A DNA stretch of 64,000 bases from Actinomycetota bacterium (GTDB lineage Bacteria; Actinomycetota; UBA4738; HRBIN12), in NCBI GenBank assembly GCA_026003015.1, contig BPGL01000001.1:1006717-1070716 (forward strand). The letters run 5' to 3'. This document shows positions 29,831 to 40,218 of this stretch, piece by piece (within the stretch, counting starts at the first letter, position 1; each line of letters begins with the position of its first letter). The notes beneath the pieces are model-generated. The model was not told where the DNA came from. It was given only the letters and a program-made list of their open reading frames with translations, and searched no databases. Position numbers and translations under genes: made by a program.

Positions 29831-30772
29831 CTAGACGCCCTTGAGGTAGGCCACGGTCTCGGCGAGCCCGTCCTCCAGGTGCGTCCAGGGTTTCCAGGCG
29901 ATCGCCGAGGCCGCCCGCCCGATGTCGAGCGCGATCCTCCGCGGGTCGCCGGGCCGCGGTGGGCCGTAGAGGGGTTCGCCCGGGAACCCGATGATGTCCG
30001 CGAGCGTGCGGAACACGTGGTTCACGCTCGTCTCGAGCCCCGTCCCGATGTTCACGAGCTTCGCCGATCCCTGATCGATCGCTCGAACGAACGCGTGCAC
30101 GGCGTCGTCGATGAAGACGAAATCGCGGGTCTGGTTCCCATCCCCGAAGATCGTCGGTGCCTCGCCGGCGAGCATGGACGCGGCGAAGACCGCGACCACC
30201 CCCCCGCAGGCCGGATCCTGCCGCGGCCCGTAGACGTTGGCCAGCGCGAGAGCCGTGTAGTCGAGCCCGCGGTAGCGGTGGTAGACGCCGAGGTAGTCGA
30301 GGACGACCTTCTTGGAGATGCCGTACGGCGTGAGCGGGAACGACCCCTGCGCGGCCGTCTCCTTGACGGGCAGACGTCGTGGTTCGCCGTACAGGGACCC
30401 TCCCGACGCGGCGTACACGATCTTCCGAGCCCCCACGCGCGTGGCGCACTCGAGCACGTTCAGCGTCCCCATCACGTTGACCGAGGCGCTCGTGATCGGG
30501 TCCGTGAGCGACTGGCCGGCACCGACGTGAGCCGCGAGGTGGAACACTACCTCGGGGCGATGGCGTTCGAACAGCGGCAACAGGCCTTCGGCCCGTACGT
30601 CCATGTTGAAGAACGTGAACTCCTTGCCGTACCCGCGGGCCTCCGCGAGGTTCGCGATCCGCCCGGACGACAGGTCGTCGACGCTGACGACGCGGTGCCC
30701 CTCGGCCAGGAGACGGTCGGCGAGGTGACTGCCGATGAACCCGGCGCCCCCGGTCACCAGGACGGTCGTCAC
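29831..30772 (-). CDS. NAD-dependent epimerase/dehydratase (UDP-glucose 4-epimerase-like)
   Basis: VTGGAGFIGSH, HLAA, YGISK, NVYGPRQDP, GDGNQTRDF; GTG overlaps tsaD stop. Confidence 0.9.
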   Translation of the reverse strand: MTTVLVTGGAGFIGSHLADRLLAEGHRVVSVDDLSSGRIANLAEARGYGKEFTFFNMDVRAEGLLPLFERHRPEVVFHLAAHVGAGQSLTDPITSASVNVMGTLNVLECATRVGARKIVYAASGGSLYGEPRRLPVKETAAQGSFPLTPYGISKKVVLDYLGVYHRYRGLDYTALALANVYGPRQDPACGGVVAVFAASMLAGEAPTIFGDGNQTRDFVFIDDAVHAFVRAIDQGSAKLVNIGTGLETSVNHVFRTLADIIGFPGEPLYGPPRPGDPRRIALDIGRAASAIAWKPWTHLEDGLAETVAYLKGV

Positions 30773-31776
30773 GCGTCCAACCTTAGGTTCGGGTCCACGC
30801 CGATGTCCAACGGGGACCGTTCCCCGCGAAGCCATCTGGCGGCCCCGACGCAGGCGATCATGGCGGCGTTGTCGGTACACAGCGCGATCGGCGGGACGAG
30901 CACCTGCAGGCCCGCTCGGGCCCCCTCCTGGACCATCCGCTCCCGCAGGCGGGAGTTGGCGACCACGCCGCCGCCGAGCAGCACCGTCGGCGCCCCGACC
31001 GCCGACGCCGCGGCGAGCGTCTTTCGCACCTGGACGTCGACGATCGCCTCCTGGAAGCTCGCGGCCACGTCGGGCAGGTGGGGTTCGCGCCCGGCCGCGC
31101 GCTCCTGCCGCAGGTAGCGGAGCACCGCCGTCTTCAGGCCGCTCATCGAGAAGTCCAGGTCGCCGGAGGAAGCCATCGCCCTGGGGAAGTCGATCGCGTG
31201 AGGATCGCCCTCGGCGGCGAGCCGATCGATCGCCGGCCCTCCGGGGAACCCCAGTCCGAGCAGACGAGCGACCTTGTCGAAGGCCTCCCCCGCGGCGTCG
31301 TCGACCGTCTGGCCGAGCACCTCGTAGGTGCGCTCGTCGCGCATGTGCACGAGCATCGTGTGCCCGCCGGACACGACGAGCGCGACGTAGGGCGGGGACG
31401 GCGGGCCGTGATCGAGGAAGTTCGCCCAGATGTGACCCTCCAGATGGTTCACGCCGATCAGGTCGACCCCCCGCGCGAGGGCGAGCGACTTGGCGGCCGC
31501 CACGCCGACGAGCAGGGCCCCCACGAGTCCCGGCCCGACGGTGACGGCGACCGCGTCGACGTCGCCGAGGTCGATGCCCGCCTCCTCGAGCGCCCGCTCC
31601 AGCAGCGGATTGATGGCCTCCACGTGCGCGCGTGCCGCCACCTCCGGCACGACCCCGCCGAAGCGCTCGTGGAGGTGATCCTGGCGCGCGATCAGGTTGG
31701 CCCGCAGCGAGAACGCGTCCTCCACGACCGCCACGGCGGTCTCGTCGCACGACGTCTCGATCCCAAGGACGATCAC
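30769..31776 (-). CDS. tsaD: tRNA t6A37 threonylcarbamoyltransferase TsaD
   Basis: LGIETSCDET, GGVVPEVAARAH, NHLEGH, VSGGHT, DDAAGEAFDK, CTDNAAMI. Confidence 0.97.
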   Translation of the reverse strand: MIVLGIETSCDETAVAVVEDAFSLRANLIARQDHLHERFGGVVPEVAARAHVEAINPLLERALEEAGIDLGDVDAVAVTVGPGLVGALLVGVAAAKSLALARGVDLIGVNHLEGHIWANFLDHGPPSPPYVALVVSGGHTMLVHMRDERTYEVLGQTVDDAAGEAFDKVARLLGLGFPGGPAIDRLAAEGDPHAIDFPRAMASSGDLDFSMSGLKTAVLRYLRQERAAGREPHLPDVAASFQEAIVDVQVRKTLAAASAVGAPTVLLGGGVVANSRLRERMVQEGARAGLQVLVPPIALCTDNAAMIACVGAARWLRGERSPLDIGVDPNLRLDA

Positions 31777-32312
31777 GCCGGACGCACGCCCTCCGGGAGC
31801 TGGGCCGCGATCCGATCGAGCCGCCGAGCGTAGGCCTCGGAACGGATGTCGTCGGCCCACATGATCAGCGCGTCCTCGTGGAGCTCGGCGTAGTAGTTCC
31901 GACGGATACCGACCGGGCGGAACCCGAACCGCGCGTACAGGCGCTGGGCCCGCCAGTTCGTCACGCGCACCTCGAGCGAGACGGCCCGCGCCCCCATGCG
32001 CACCGCGGCTCGCATCTCCTCGACGAGCAGGCGCGTCGCGATCCGGTGGCCCTGAAGCATCGGCTCCACCGCGACGTTGGTGATGTGGGCCTCCTCGCCG
32101 TAGCAGATCATGCCCGCGTAGCCGACCACGTCGCGATCGATCTTGGCGACGAGGTAGGAGCGCGTCTCCGGCTCCGAGAGCTCGGCGGCGAACAGGTTCG
32201 GGCTCCACGGGCGCGCGTACGCCCGTCGCTCGATCGCCATGACGCCACGCAGGTGGCGACGGCGCATCCGGGTGATCTCAAGCTGCGGGGCCCCCGCGCT
32301 CGCTCGTCCCAC
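31773..32312 (-). CDS. rimI: Ribosomal-protein-alanine N-acetyltransferase RimI (start uncertain)
   Basis: EAHITNVAV, LEVRVTN..AQRLY..FGF...GIRRNYY, EDALIM; position between tsaB and tsaD. Confidence 0.9.
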   Translation of the reverse strand: MGRASAGAPQLEITRMRRRHLRGVMAIERRAYARPWSPNLFAAELSEPETRSYLVAKIDRDVVGYAGMICYGEEAHITNVAVEPMLQGHRIATRLLVEEMRAAVRMGARAVSLEVRVTNWRAQRLYARFGFRPVGIRRNYYAELHEDALIMWADDIRSEAYARRLDRIAAQLPEGVRPA

Positions 32313-32987
32313 GCGATCTCAGCATCCGACTTCCTCAGGTACAGGGGTACGACGTCGAACAGGTGATCGTGCTCCTCCCGCAGGATGCGAGGCACCGCCA
32401 GTTCGACGAGGTTCGCCGCCTCCGGATGCGCCGTGGACGGCGACGCGAACTCCGCCTGGGCGCCCAGCTCCTCGAGCACCTCCCGGTACAGCATCGCACC
32501 GTCGCCGACGAGGAGCACCTCCTCGGGCTCGGCCGCGAGCTCGGCGACGAGCGCCTCGGGGCGCGCGACGGCGTAGGGGGGTGTCCCGCATCACCCCGCC
32601 GGGGACCGGCCGGTAGCGCGCCCAGAAGACCTCGCCCCGCCGCCCGTCGATCACGGCCACGATCGCACGCTGGGTGAAGCGCACGGCGTAGGCGAGCACG
32701 TCGAGGCTGACGAGCCCGACGATCGGGACGCGCAGGACCTGGGCGAGCGTCCGTGCGGTCGCCACCCCGACGCGTAGCCCGGTGAACAGCCCCGGGCCGA
32801 CCCCGACGGCGATCCCCCCGACCTGCGACAGCGAGATCCCCGACCAGCCGAGGAGCCGCTCGAGCGCGGGCGTCACGACCTCCTGGCGGTGGCGACCCGC
32901 GATCTGGATCCGGCCGCGGATCTCCCGCTCGGTCCCCACGGCGACCGAGACCTGCGGGGTGGCCGTCTCGATCCCGAGGACGATCAC
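32278..32987 (-). CDS. tsaB: TsaB; +1 frameshift in a homopolymer at 32576-32581; 3' end uncertain
   Basis: VLGIETAT, VGVGPGLFTGLRVG, IDGRRGEVF; removing one C gives DTPYAVARPEAL...VPLYLRKSDAE. Confidence 0.9.
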
Positions 32988-33487
32988 GACCGCGACTCCC
33001 GCCATCGATCGAGCGCCGACGCCAGGGCATCCCAGCGGTCTCGCCACCCAGAGCCCTCCGGCGTCACCACGATCCGCCGCGCGTCGTCCGCGCCCGAGGG
33101 GTCCGCCGCGACGAGCTCGACCCGGAGACGGTCGGTCGCGAGGAGCTCGGCCACGGCGTCCCCCCACTCCACCACGAGGACCGCCTCGCCGTCGGCGATC
33201 TCCTCGAGCGCGAGGTCGACGACGTCCTGGATCCGGTCGAGCCGATAGACGTCGACGTGGGCGACCACCAGGCGCCCGGTGTACTCGCGCACGAGGGTGA
33301 AGGTCGGCGAGGTCACGACCTCAGGGGCCCCGAGCCCGCGCACGATCCCCTGGACGAGCGTCGTCTTGCCGGCCCCGAGCTCCCCGGTCAGCACGACCAC
33401 GTCGCGCGGCCGCAGCAGATCGGCCAAGGCCGCTCCGATCGCGCGGGTGTCCGCGGGCGTGCGGGCGAGGAGCACGAGCTCGCCCAC
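32984..33487 (-). CDS. tsaE: tRNA t6A37 biosynthesis ATPase TsaE
   Basis: LTGELGAGKTT, VTSPTFTLVREY, HVDVYRL, VEWG. Confidence 0.95.
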   Translation of the reverse strand: MGELVLLARTPADTRAIGAALADLLRPRDVVVLTGELGAGKTTLVQGIVRGLGAPEVVTSPTFTLVREYTGRLVVAHVDVYRLDRIQDVVDLALEEIADGEAVLVVEWGDAVAELLATDRLRVELVAADPSGADDARRIVVTPEGSGWRDRWDALASALDRWRESRS

Positions 33488-33489
33488 CG

Positions 33490-34122
33490 TCAGAAGAGCT
33501 CCAGCTGGGTCGACGACGCGTCGGACGACGGGGTCGGCGCCGCCGCGGGCTCGGGCGGGGCCTCGAGCGTCCGGCGGATCAGGTCGAAGTCCTCCCGGAA
33601 CAGCTCGAACTGGCGCGTCCCCTCGCCGCCGCCGCGGAGCACCGCCGCCGGATGCAGGGTGGGGATCACGGTCCGGCCCTGCCAGCGGAACACCTGCCCC
33701 CTCAGGCGGGAGATCCCCCTGCTCGTGCGCAGGACGAACCGGGTCGCGAAGTTCCCCAGGGTCACGATGAGGCGTGGCTGCACGATCGAGATCTGCTCGA
33801 CGAGCCACGGCGTGCAGGCCTCGATCTCGTCCGGTAGCGGATCCCGGTTGCCCGGCGGGCGGCACTTGATCACGTTGCAGATGTAGACGTCCTCCCGGGC
33901 GAGCCCGATCCGGCCGAGCATGCGGGTGAGGAGCTGACCGGCGGCCCCGACGAAGGGCTCGCCCTGTTGGTCCTCGTGGTAGCCGGGGCCCTCCCCGATG
34001 AACATCAGGTCGGCGTCGGGGGCGCCGACGCCGTAGACGACCTGGGTGCGGCCGGCCGCCAACCGGCAGCGGGTGCAGCCCGCCGCCTCCGCCGCCGCTT
34101 CGGCCAGCGTCCTCGCCGTCAC
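33490..34122 (-). CDS. Uracil-DNA glycosylase family 4 (Fe-S type)
   Basis: CTRCRL, GEGPGYHED..GEPFVG.AG, NVIKCRPPGNRDP, HPAAVLR. Confidence 0.93.
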   Translation of the reverse strand: MTARTLAEAAAEAAGCTRCRLAAGRTQVVYGVGAPDADLMFIGEGPGYHEDQQGEPFVGAAGQLLTRMLGRIGLAREDVYICNVIKCRPPGNRDPLPDEIEACTPWLVEQISIVQPRLIVTLGNFATRFVLRTSRGISRLRGQVFRWQGRTVIPTLHPAAVLRGGGEGTRQFELFREDFDLIRRTLEAPPEPAAAPTPSSDASSTQLELF

Positions 34123-34268
34123 GCCCGCCACTCCGCCGAGCCGTTGGGTTCCGACCCCCGCACCTCGCCGCCCCGCGATGTTCGTCCGGCCCCCTCGATA
34201 CCGACCCCGCGCGCCCGGGCACCGGTCCGGTTCGGGCGGCGCGAGCCGAGGGTAGCGGCCCGGCTCAC
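34119..34268 (-). other. 49-codon ORF overlapping both neighbours (GTGA at each end); possible gene remnant
   Basis: GTG overlaps nnr stop, TGA overlaps the UDG GTG; no recognisable domain. Confidence 0.35.
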
Positions 34269-35817
34269 GGCGCGCCACCGCCGGGCGCCGGTTCCAGGCT
34301 CGCGTCCACGTGGACCCGGGCCACGGCCTCGGGCAACGCCTCGGCGACGTCGCCGGCTACGATCCCCTCCCCGCGCTCGCGCCCGGCGAGCTGCCCGGCG
34401 AGCCCGTGGACGTAGGCGCCTGCCCACGCGGCCTCGAACGGCGACCGCCCGCGCGCGAGGAGGGCTCCGATCACCCCCGTTAGCACGTCGCCGCTGCCGC
34501 CGGTCGCGAGCGCGGACGATCCGGTGGGCGTGATCCGCACCGAGCCCGAGGGCTCCGCGATCGCGGTCCGAGGCCCCTTCAGGAGGACGACCGAGCGCGT
34601 GTGGGCGGCAAGGACCCGCAGGTCGGCGAGTCGGTCGGTGCCCAGCGGACCGAGCCGACGGAACTCCCCCGCGTGCGGGGTGAGCACCGCGTCGGCCGCG
34701 CGCTGGGCCAGGGCCCCGGCGTCCCCGGCGAACGCGTTCAACGCGTCGGCGTCGAGGACGAGGGGCACCGACGCGGCGCGCACGATCTCGCGGACGGCCT
34801 CGGCCGTCGCCGGGTCCCTCGACAGCCCGGGCCCGATCGCGAGGGCATCCGCCTGTGCCGCCGCCTCGAGCACGGCCCCGACCGCGCGAGCGTCGAGGGT
34901 GCCCGTCGGGGTCTCGGGCAGCGGCAGGAAGGTCGGCTCCGGCGCACCGGCCTGGACGGCGACCAGGGCGCTGGCCGGCGTCGCGATGCGCACGAGCCCC
35001 GCCCCCGATCCGCGCGGCCCGCGCGCGCCACCAGACGCGGGGCGCCGGTCATCGCGCGGGAGCCGGCGACGACGAGCAGGACCCCTGTCGAGCGTTTGTG
35101 GGCGTCGACCGGACGCCTCGGCCAGACGGCCGCGACGTCGGCCGGCTCGGTGAGCCACGTTCCGGGGGCCACGGCCCCCTCGGGGAACCCGATGTCGACG
35201 ACCCGCACGACGCCCGCGCGCTCCGCGCCGGGCAGTAGGCAGAGCCCCAGTTTCGCGGCGCCGAAGGTCACCGTGAGCGCCGCCACGACCGCGGGACCCT
35301 CGACCGCCCCGGTCGCTCCGTCGACCCCGGAGGGGAGGTCCACCGCGACGACCGGAGCCGGCGCCTCGTTCAGCGCCGCGATCGCGGCCGCGACCGCCCC
35401 CTCGGGCGCGCCCCGGAACCCCGTGCCCACGATCGCGTCGACCGCGACGTCGGCGCGCTCGAGGTCGCGGGCGAGCGCCGCGGGCTCGGCGGAGCGCACC
35501 CGGACCTCGCTTGGCCGGAGCGCGCCGGCCATCGAACGAGCCGGCTCGCGCAGCTCCTCGGGCGGCGCGAGCGCGTGCACCGTGACCCGAACGCCGCGAC
35601 GAGCGAGGTGCCGAGCCGCGACGTAGCCATCTCCTCCGTTGTTCCCCTTGCCGCACACGACGACGGCGCGCCGACCGTAGGCCCCCCCGAGCAGATCGAG
35701 GGCGGCCCGGGCCACGGCTCGGCCCGCGCGCTCCATCAGCTCGCTGGGTGCGATCCCGGCCTCGGCCGCCGCGCGGTCGAGCGCCGCGGCCTGCTCGGGG
35801 CTCAGCACCGGCCTCAC
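34265..35817 (-). CDS. nnr: Bifunctional NAD(P)HX epimerase/dehydratase; frameshift at about 35000-35025
   Basis: LMERAG, GKGNNGGDG, VDLPSG, DAHK in the 5' frame; IGPGL, LDADAL, LTPHAGE, LATGGSGDVL in the 3' frame; two extra G in G-runs restore ARAAARIGAGLV. Confidence 0.92.
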
Positions 35818-36188
35818 CGGCGCACCGCCACCGCGAACGCCACCGCGTTCGTCCGCTCGTGGGTGAACGTCACGAGCACCTCCGTCACCCCGAGGGCCTG
35901 TGCCCGACGCCTGGCGTTGCCGTCGAGCCGGATCGCCGGCGCGCCGCTCGGAGCCCGGGTGACGCTCACGTCCTGCCAGCGCCGGCCGGGGTAGCCGCCC
36001 AACGCCTTGATCGTCGCCTCGCGCGCAGCGAACCGCCCCGCGTAGGACTCCGCCGGGCGCGCACGGGCGTCGCAGTAGGCGATCTCCTCCGGCGTGAACA
36101 CGCGCTCGCGCATCGTCGGATGACGGGCGAGCGCCCGTTCGATCCGCTCGATCTCGCAGATATCAACCCCGAGGCCGACGATCTCCAC
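35814..36188 (-). CDS. acpS: Holo-[acyl-carrier-protein] synthase
   Basis: GLGVDICEIERI, VFTPEE, AGRFAAREATIKALG, TFTH. Confidence 0.92.
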   Translation of the reverse strand: MEIVGLGVDICEIERIERALARHPTMRERVFTPEEIAYCDARARPAESYAGRFAAREATIKALGGYPGRRWQDVSVTRAPSGAPAIRLDGNARRRAQALGVTEVLVTFTHERTNAVAFAVAVRR

Positions 36189-36261
36189 GCGTGTGTAGGC
36201 TACGGTACGAGCCCGGCGGTGGGCGCGCGGACCGGGAGCTCGAGCGCCAGGAGGAAACGAG

Positions 36262-36690
36262 ATGCCCACTGCCCCCGGCCGCGTCCCCCGCGTCGCGTTC
36301 CTGTGCACGCACAACGCCGGCCGCTCCCAGATGGCCGCCGGGTGGGCCCGGCACCTGGCCGCGGGCGGCCTCGAGGTCCTCTCCGCGGGCTCGGAGCCGG
36401 CCGAGGAGCTCAACCCGGTCGCGGTCCGGGCGATGGCGGAGGTCGGGATCGACATCGCCGGGCAGCGCCCGAAGGCCTGGTCGGAGGAAACCCTCCGTGA
36501 CGTGGACGTCATCGTCACCATGGGCTGCGGCGATCGGTGCCCGGTCGTGCCCGGCGCGCGCACGCTCGATTGGGACCTCGAGGATCCCGCCGGGCGGCCC
36601 ATCGAGGACGTCCGCGCGATCCGCGACGAGATCGAGCGGCGGGTGCGCTCCCTCCTCGCGGAGCTCGGCGTGTCGCCTACTCGACCGTGA
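36262..36690 (+). CDS. arsC: Arsenate reductase, LMW-PTP fold (three-Cys type)
   Basis: CTHNAGRSQMA P-loop, TMGCGDRCP, DWDLEDPAG; AGGAGG SD. Confidence 0.88.
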   Translation: MPTAPGRVPRVAFLCTHNAGRSQMAAGWARHLAAGGLEVLSAGSEPAEELNPVAVRAMAEVGIDIAGQRPKAWSEETLRDVDVIVTMGCGDRCPVVPGARTLDWDLEDPAGRPIEDVRAIRDEIERRVRSLLAELGVSPTRP

Positions 36691-38506
36691 CGCTCTTGGC
36701 GAGGTTGCGGGGCCGGTCGACGTCTAGCCCCCGGAGCCGCGCGATGTGGTAGGCGAGGAGCTGCAACGGCACCGTGACGACGACGGGGGCGAGGAGCTCG
36801 GGGGTTTCCGGGACCTCCAGGACGTGATCGGCCAGGGCCGCGGCCTCGACATCCCCCTCGGTGACGACCGCGATCACCTCCGCGCCGCGCGCCTTCACCT
36901 CCTGGATGTTCGACAGCATCTTCGGGTAGACGTGGCAGCGCGTGGCGACCGCCACGACCGGCACGCCGTCCTCGACGAGGGCGATCGGCCCGTGCTTGAG
37001 CTCCCCCGCCGGATAGCCCTCGGCGTGCAGGTAGCTGAGCTCCTTCAGCTTCAGGGCTCCCTCCAGGGCGGCCGGGTACCCGGTGTGGCGACCGATGAAC
37101 AGGACGTCGCGCGCGTCGCGGTAGCGCTCGGCGATCGCCCGGACCCGATCGTCGAGCCCGATCGCCCGTTGCACCTTCGCCGGCAGCGCGGCGAGCTCCG
37201 CGAGCACGTCGGCGATCTCCTCGGGGAACTTCGTCCCCCGCGCCTGGGCCAGGTAGAGAGCGACGAGGTGCTGGGAGACCATCTGGGTCGCGAAGGTCTT
37301 CGTCGCGGCGACCCCGATCTCGGGGCCCGCGTGCGTGTACAAGACGGCGTCGGCCTCGCGCGCGAGCGAGGAACCGACCGTGTTCGTCACCGCGACCAGG
37401 TGGGAGCCTTGCCGACGGGCGTGCCGAGCGGCCTCGAGCGTGTCGATCGTCTCCCCCGACTGGGAGACGGCCAGGGTGAGCGTGTCGGGGCCGAGCACGG
37501 GGTCGCGGTAGCGGAACTCGCTCGCGATCTCGATCTCCACCGGCAGCCGGGTCCAGTGCTCGATCGCGTACTTGGCGACGAGCCCGGAGTGGAAGGCGGT
37601 CCCGCAGGCGACGACGAAGACCTTCGTGACCTCGCGGAGCGCGTCGTCGCTCACCCGCAGCTCGTCCAGAACGATCCGTCCGTCGACGACCCGGCCGACG
37701 AGGGTGTCGCGGATCGCCGCCGGCTGCTCGTCGATCTCCTTGCGCATGAACGAGTCGTAGCCGCCCTTCTGAGCCCGGGCCACGTCCCAGTCGATCCGGA
37801 TCGGGCGAGGCCGCGCACGGCGTCCCTCCAGGTCGGTGACCGACGCGCCCGCGGCGGTCGCAACCACGACCTGCCCCTCGGCGAGCGGGATCGCGCGCTC
37901 GGTGCGACCGAGCACCGCCGGCACGTCGCTCGCCAGGATCGTTTCGCCGTCCCCGAGCCCGACGACGAGCGGCGAGGCGACCTTGACGCCGACCAGCAGG
38001 TCCGGCTCGTCGGCCGAACACACGACGAGCGCGTAGGCTCCCTCGAGGTCCCGCACCGTGCGCCGAACCGCGTCGGCGAGCCCGAGCCCGTCTGCGCGCA
38101 GACGCTCCTCGATCAGATGGGCGACGACCTCGGTGTCGGTCTCGCTCGCGAGCTCGTGCCCCTCCTTGGCGAGCCGAGCCCGAAGCCCCTGGAAGTTCTC
38201 GATGATCCCGTTGTGGATCACGGCCAGCCGGCCGGTGCAGTCCACGTGGGGATGGGCGTTTCGGTCGGTCGGAGCTCCGTGGGTCGCCCACCGCGTGTGG
38301 CCGACACCGAGGCGACCACCGAGGGCGCTCGGCTCGAGCACCGCTTCGAGGTCCGCGAGACGCCCGGCCCGCTTCGCGACCGTGAGCCCACCGTCCACGA
38401 TCGCAACGCCGGCCGAGTCGTAGCCGCGGTACTCGAGGCGCCGGAGCCCCTCGAGGACGATCGGGAGGGCCTGATCGCGGCCCACGTAGCCGACGATGCC
38501 GCACAC
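36677..38506 (-). CDS. glmS: Glutamine-fructose-6-phosphate transaminase
   Basis: MCGIVGY, LEYRGYDSAG, HTRWATHG, SQSGET, PRNLAKSVTVE. Confidence 0.98.
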   Translation of the reverse strand: MCGIVGYVGRDQALPIVLEGLRRLEYRGYDSAGVAIVDGGLTVAKRAGRLADLEAVLEPSALGGRLGVGHTRWATHGAPTDRNAHPHVDCTGRLAVIHNGIIENFQGLRARLAKEGHELASETDTEVVAHLIEERLRADGLGLADAVRRTVRDLEGAYALVVCSADEPDLLVGVKVASPLVVGLGDGETILASDVPAVLGRTERAIPLAEGQVVVATAAGASVTDLEGRRARPRPIRIDWDVARAQKGGYDSFMRKEIDEQPAAIRDTLVGRVVDGRIVLDELRVSDDALREVTKVFVVACGTAFHSGLVAKYAIEHWTRLPVEIEIASEFRYRDPVLGPDTLTLAVSQSGETIDTLEAARHARRQGSHLVAVTNTVGSSLAREADAVLYTHAGPEIGVAATKTFATQMVSQHLVALYLAQARGTKFPEEIADVLAELAALPAKVQRAIGLDDRVRAIAERYRDARDVLFIGRHTGYPAALEGALKLKELSYLHAEGYPAGELKHGPIALVEDGVPVVAVATRCHVYPKMLSNIQEVKARGAEVIAVVTEGDVEAAALADHVLEVPETPELLAPVVVTVPLQLLAYHIARLRGLDVDRPRNLAKSVTVE

Positions 38507-38546
38507 GGGTCCCGTTGAGCCTACAGCAGCGGTCCCCTCGGCCGAG

Positions 38547-39872
38547 CTACGTCGCCGCTTCGGCGAGGACCGCCGCGATCGCCTCGGCGTGGCGCCGGGC
38601 CTCGGTCTGCGTCTCGGCCTCGACCATCACGCGGACGAGGGGCTCGGTCCCGCTCGCACGAACGAGCACCCGTCCCCGACCGCCGAGCGCGGCCTCGGCC
38701 TCGGCGACGGCCGCCCTGACCGGCTCGGCCACGATCGCCGCCGCCCGGTCCGCCACGGGAACGTTGAGGAGCACCTGGGGGAACCGCTGCATCGCCGCGG
38801 CCAGCTCGGCGACGGCCACGCCCCGCACCGTGGCCAGGGAGAGGAACCGGACCGCCGTGAGCAGCCCGTCGCCGGTCGTGGCGTAGGGCCGGAAGATCAC
38901 GTGTCCGCTCTGCTCTCCCCCCAGGGCGGCTCCCCGCCGCTCCATCTCCTCCAGGACGTAGCGGTCCCCGACCTTCGTGCGAACGAGCTCGATCCCGGCG
39001 TCGGCCATCGCGCGGACCAGCCCGAGGTTCGACATGACGGTGGCGACCACGACGTCCCCCGACAGCTCCCCGGCCTCGCGCATCGCGATCGCGCACGCCG
39101 CCAGCACCTGATCCCCGTCGATCACGCGCCCCTCGGCATCGGCGAACAGCGCTCGGTCGGCGTCGCCGTCGAGGCTCACGCCGGCGTCGGCACCGAGCCG
39201 CACGACGGCGTCGGCGACGACCTCCGGATGCAGCGCGCCGCACCCGACGTTGATGTTGGTGCCGTCGGGCGTGGCGTGGATCGGGTGGACCTCGGCGCCG
39301 AGGCGTCGCAGCACCGCCGGAGCGACGTCCGACGCCGCTCCGTTCGCGCAGTCCACGACGATCCTCAGGCCGTCGAGGCGAGCGAGGGCGGCGTCGACGA
39401 GGTGGTCGATGTAGCGCTCCCGGGCCTCGGGCGCCTCGCGGGCCTTGCCCGGGACGACCGTCGGACCGGGCTCGGTCCCGAGGGCCGCCTCGATCTCGTC
39501 CTCGAGCGCGTCGGGAAGCTTCCGGCCGTCGCCCGCGAAGAACTTGATCCCGTTGTCCTCGGGGGGATTGTGGGATGCGGAGATCACCACGCCGGCCGTG
39601 GCGCCGAGCTCCAGGGTGCAGAACGCGATCGCGGGGGTCGGCTCGACCCCGACGAGGAGCGCATCGCCGCCCGCCTCCACGATCCCGGACACGAGCGCGC
39701 GCTCCAGCCACACGCCGGAGGACCGGGGGTCGCGGCCGACGACGAACCGGGGCCGTGGATGCTCACGGCCCAGCACCCGGCAGGCGGCCCGCCCGAGAGC
39801 TGCGGCGAGCTCGCCCGTAAGCTCGGTGCCGGCGACGCCGCGCACCCCGTCGGTCCCGAACAGGCGTCCCAT
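38547..39872 (-). CDS. glmM: Phosphoglucosamine mutase
   Basis: LFGTDGVRG, ISASHNP, DGDADR, GGEQSGH, RASGTEP. Confidence 0.97.
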   Translation of the reverse strand: MGRLFGTDGVRGVAGTELTGELAAALGRAACRVLGREHPRPRFVVGRDPRSSGVWLERALVSGIVEAGGDALLVGVEPTPAIAFCTLELGATAGVVISASHNPPEDNGIKFFAGDGRKLPDALEDEIEAALGTEPGPTVVPGKAREAPEARERYIDHLVDAALARLDGLRIVVDCANGAASDVAPAVLRRLGAEVHPIHATPDGTNINVGCGALHPEVVADAVVRLGADAGVSLDGDADRALFADAEGRVIDGDQVLAACAIAMREAGELSGDVVVATVMSNLGLVRAMADAGIELVRTKVGDRYVLEEMERRGAALGGEQSGHVIFRPYATTGDGLLTAVRFLSLATVRGVAVAELAAAMQRFPQVLLNVPVADRAAAIVAEPVRAAVAEAEAALGGRGRVLVRASGTEPLVRVMVEAETQTEARRHAEAIAAVLAEAAT

Positions 39873-39927
39873 CGGTCCGGCACGATACCGCCCTCCCTGC
39901 TCCGCCCGGCGTGGCACGATGGTCCCG

Positions 39928-40218
39928 ATGGGTGAACTCGTGCGGGTCTGGGCGACGGCGGACCCCGTCGAGGGCGAGCTCATGCGAGCTCGTCTGGAGG
40001 CCGAGGGCGTCCAGGTCCTGCTCAAGGGCGAGGGCGGTGGCCCCTACCGCACCGGCCCCGTGTACCTGTTCGTCCCCGCCGAGGAGGAGGTGCGTGCCCG
40101 GGCCGTCCTCGACGCGGTCGCCTCGGGGGCGTTCGCGCTCGACCTCGACGACGAGGATGGACGGCCGGGCGCCCCGGGCGCCGATCCGGAGGAGGACGCC
40201 TACCGCTTCGAGTACTGA
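39928..40218 (+). CDS. Small DUF2007-like (putative signal-transducing) protein
   Basis: [17 protein letters not shown]...[15 protein letters not shown] pattern; acidic tail. Confidence 0.65.
   Translation: MGELVRVWATADPVEGELMRARLEAEGVQVLLKGEGGGPYRTGPVYLFVPAEEEVRARAVLDAVASGAFALDLDDEDGRPGAPGADPEEDAYRFEY

Noticed and set aside
36262..36690. LMW-PTP as the Wzb phosphatase partner of the Wzc kinase
   Set aside because: CTHNAGRS plus MGCGDRCP matches arsenate reductases, and arsR-arsM is nearby
35814..38504. 896-aa ORF suggesting a giant AcpS fusion
   Set aside because: Alternative frame over glmS and arsC that happens to be open; only the last 124 codons are AcpS
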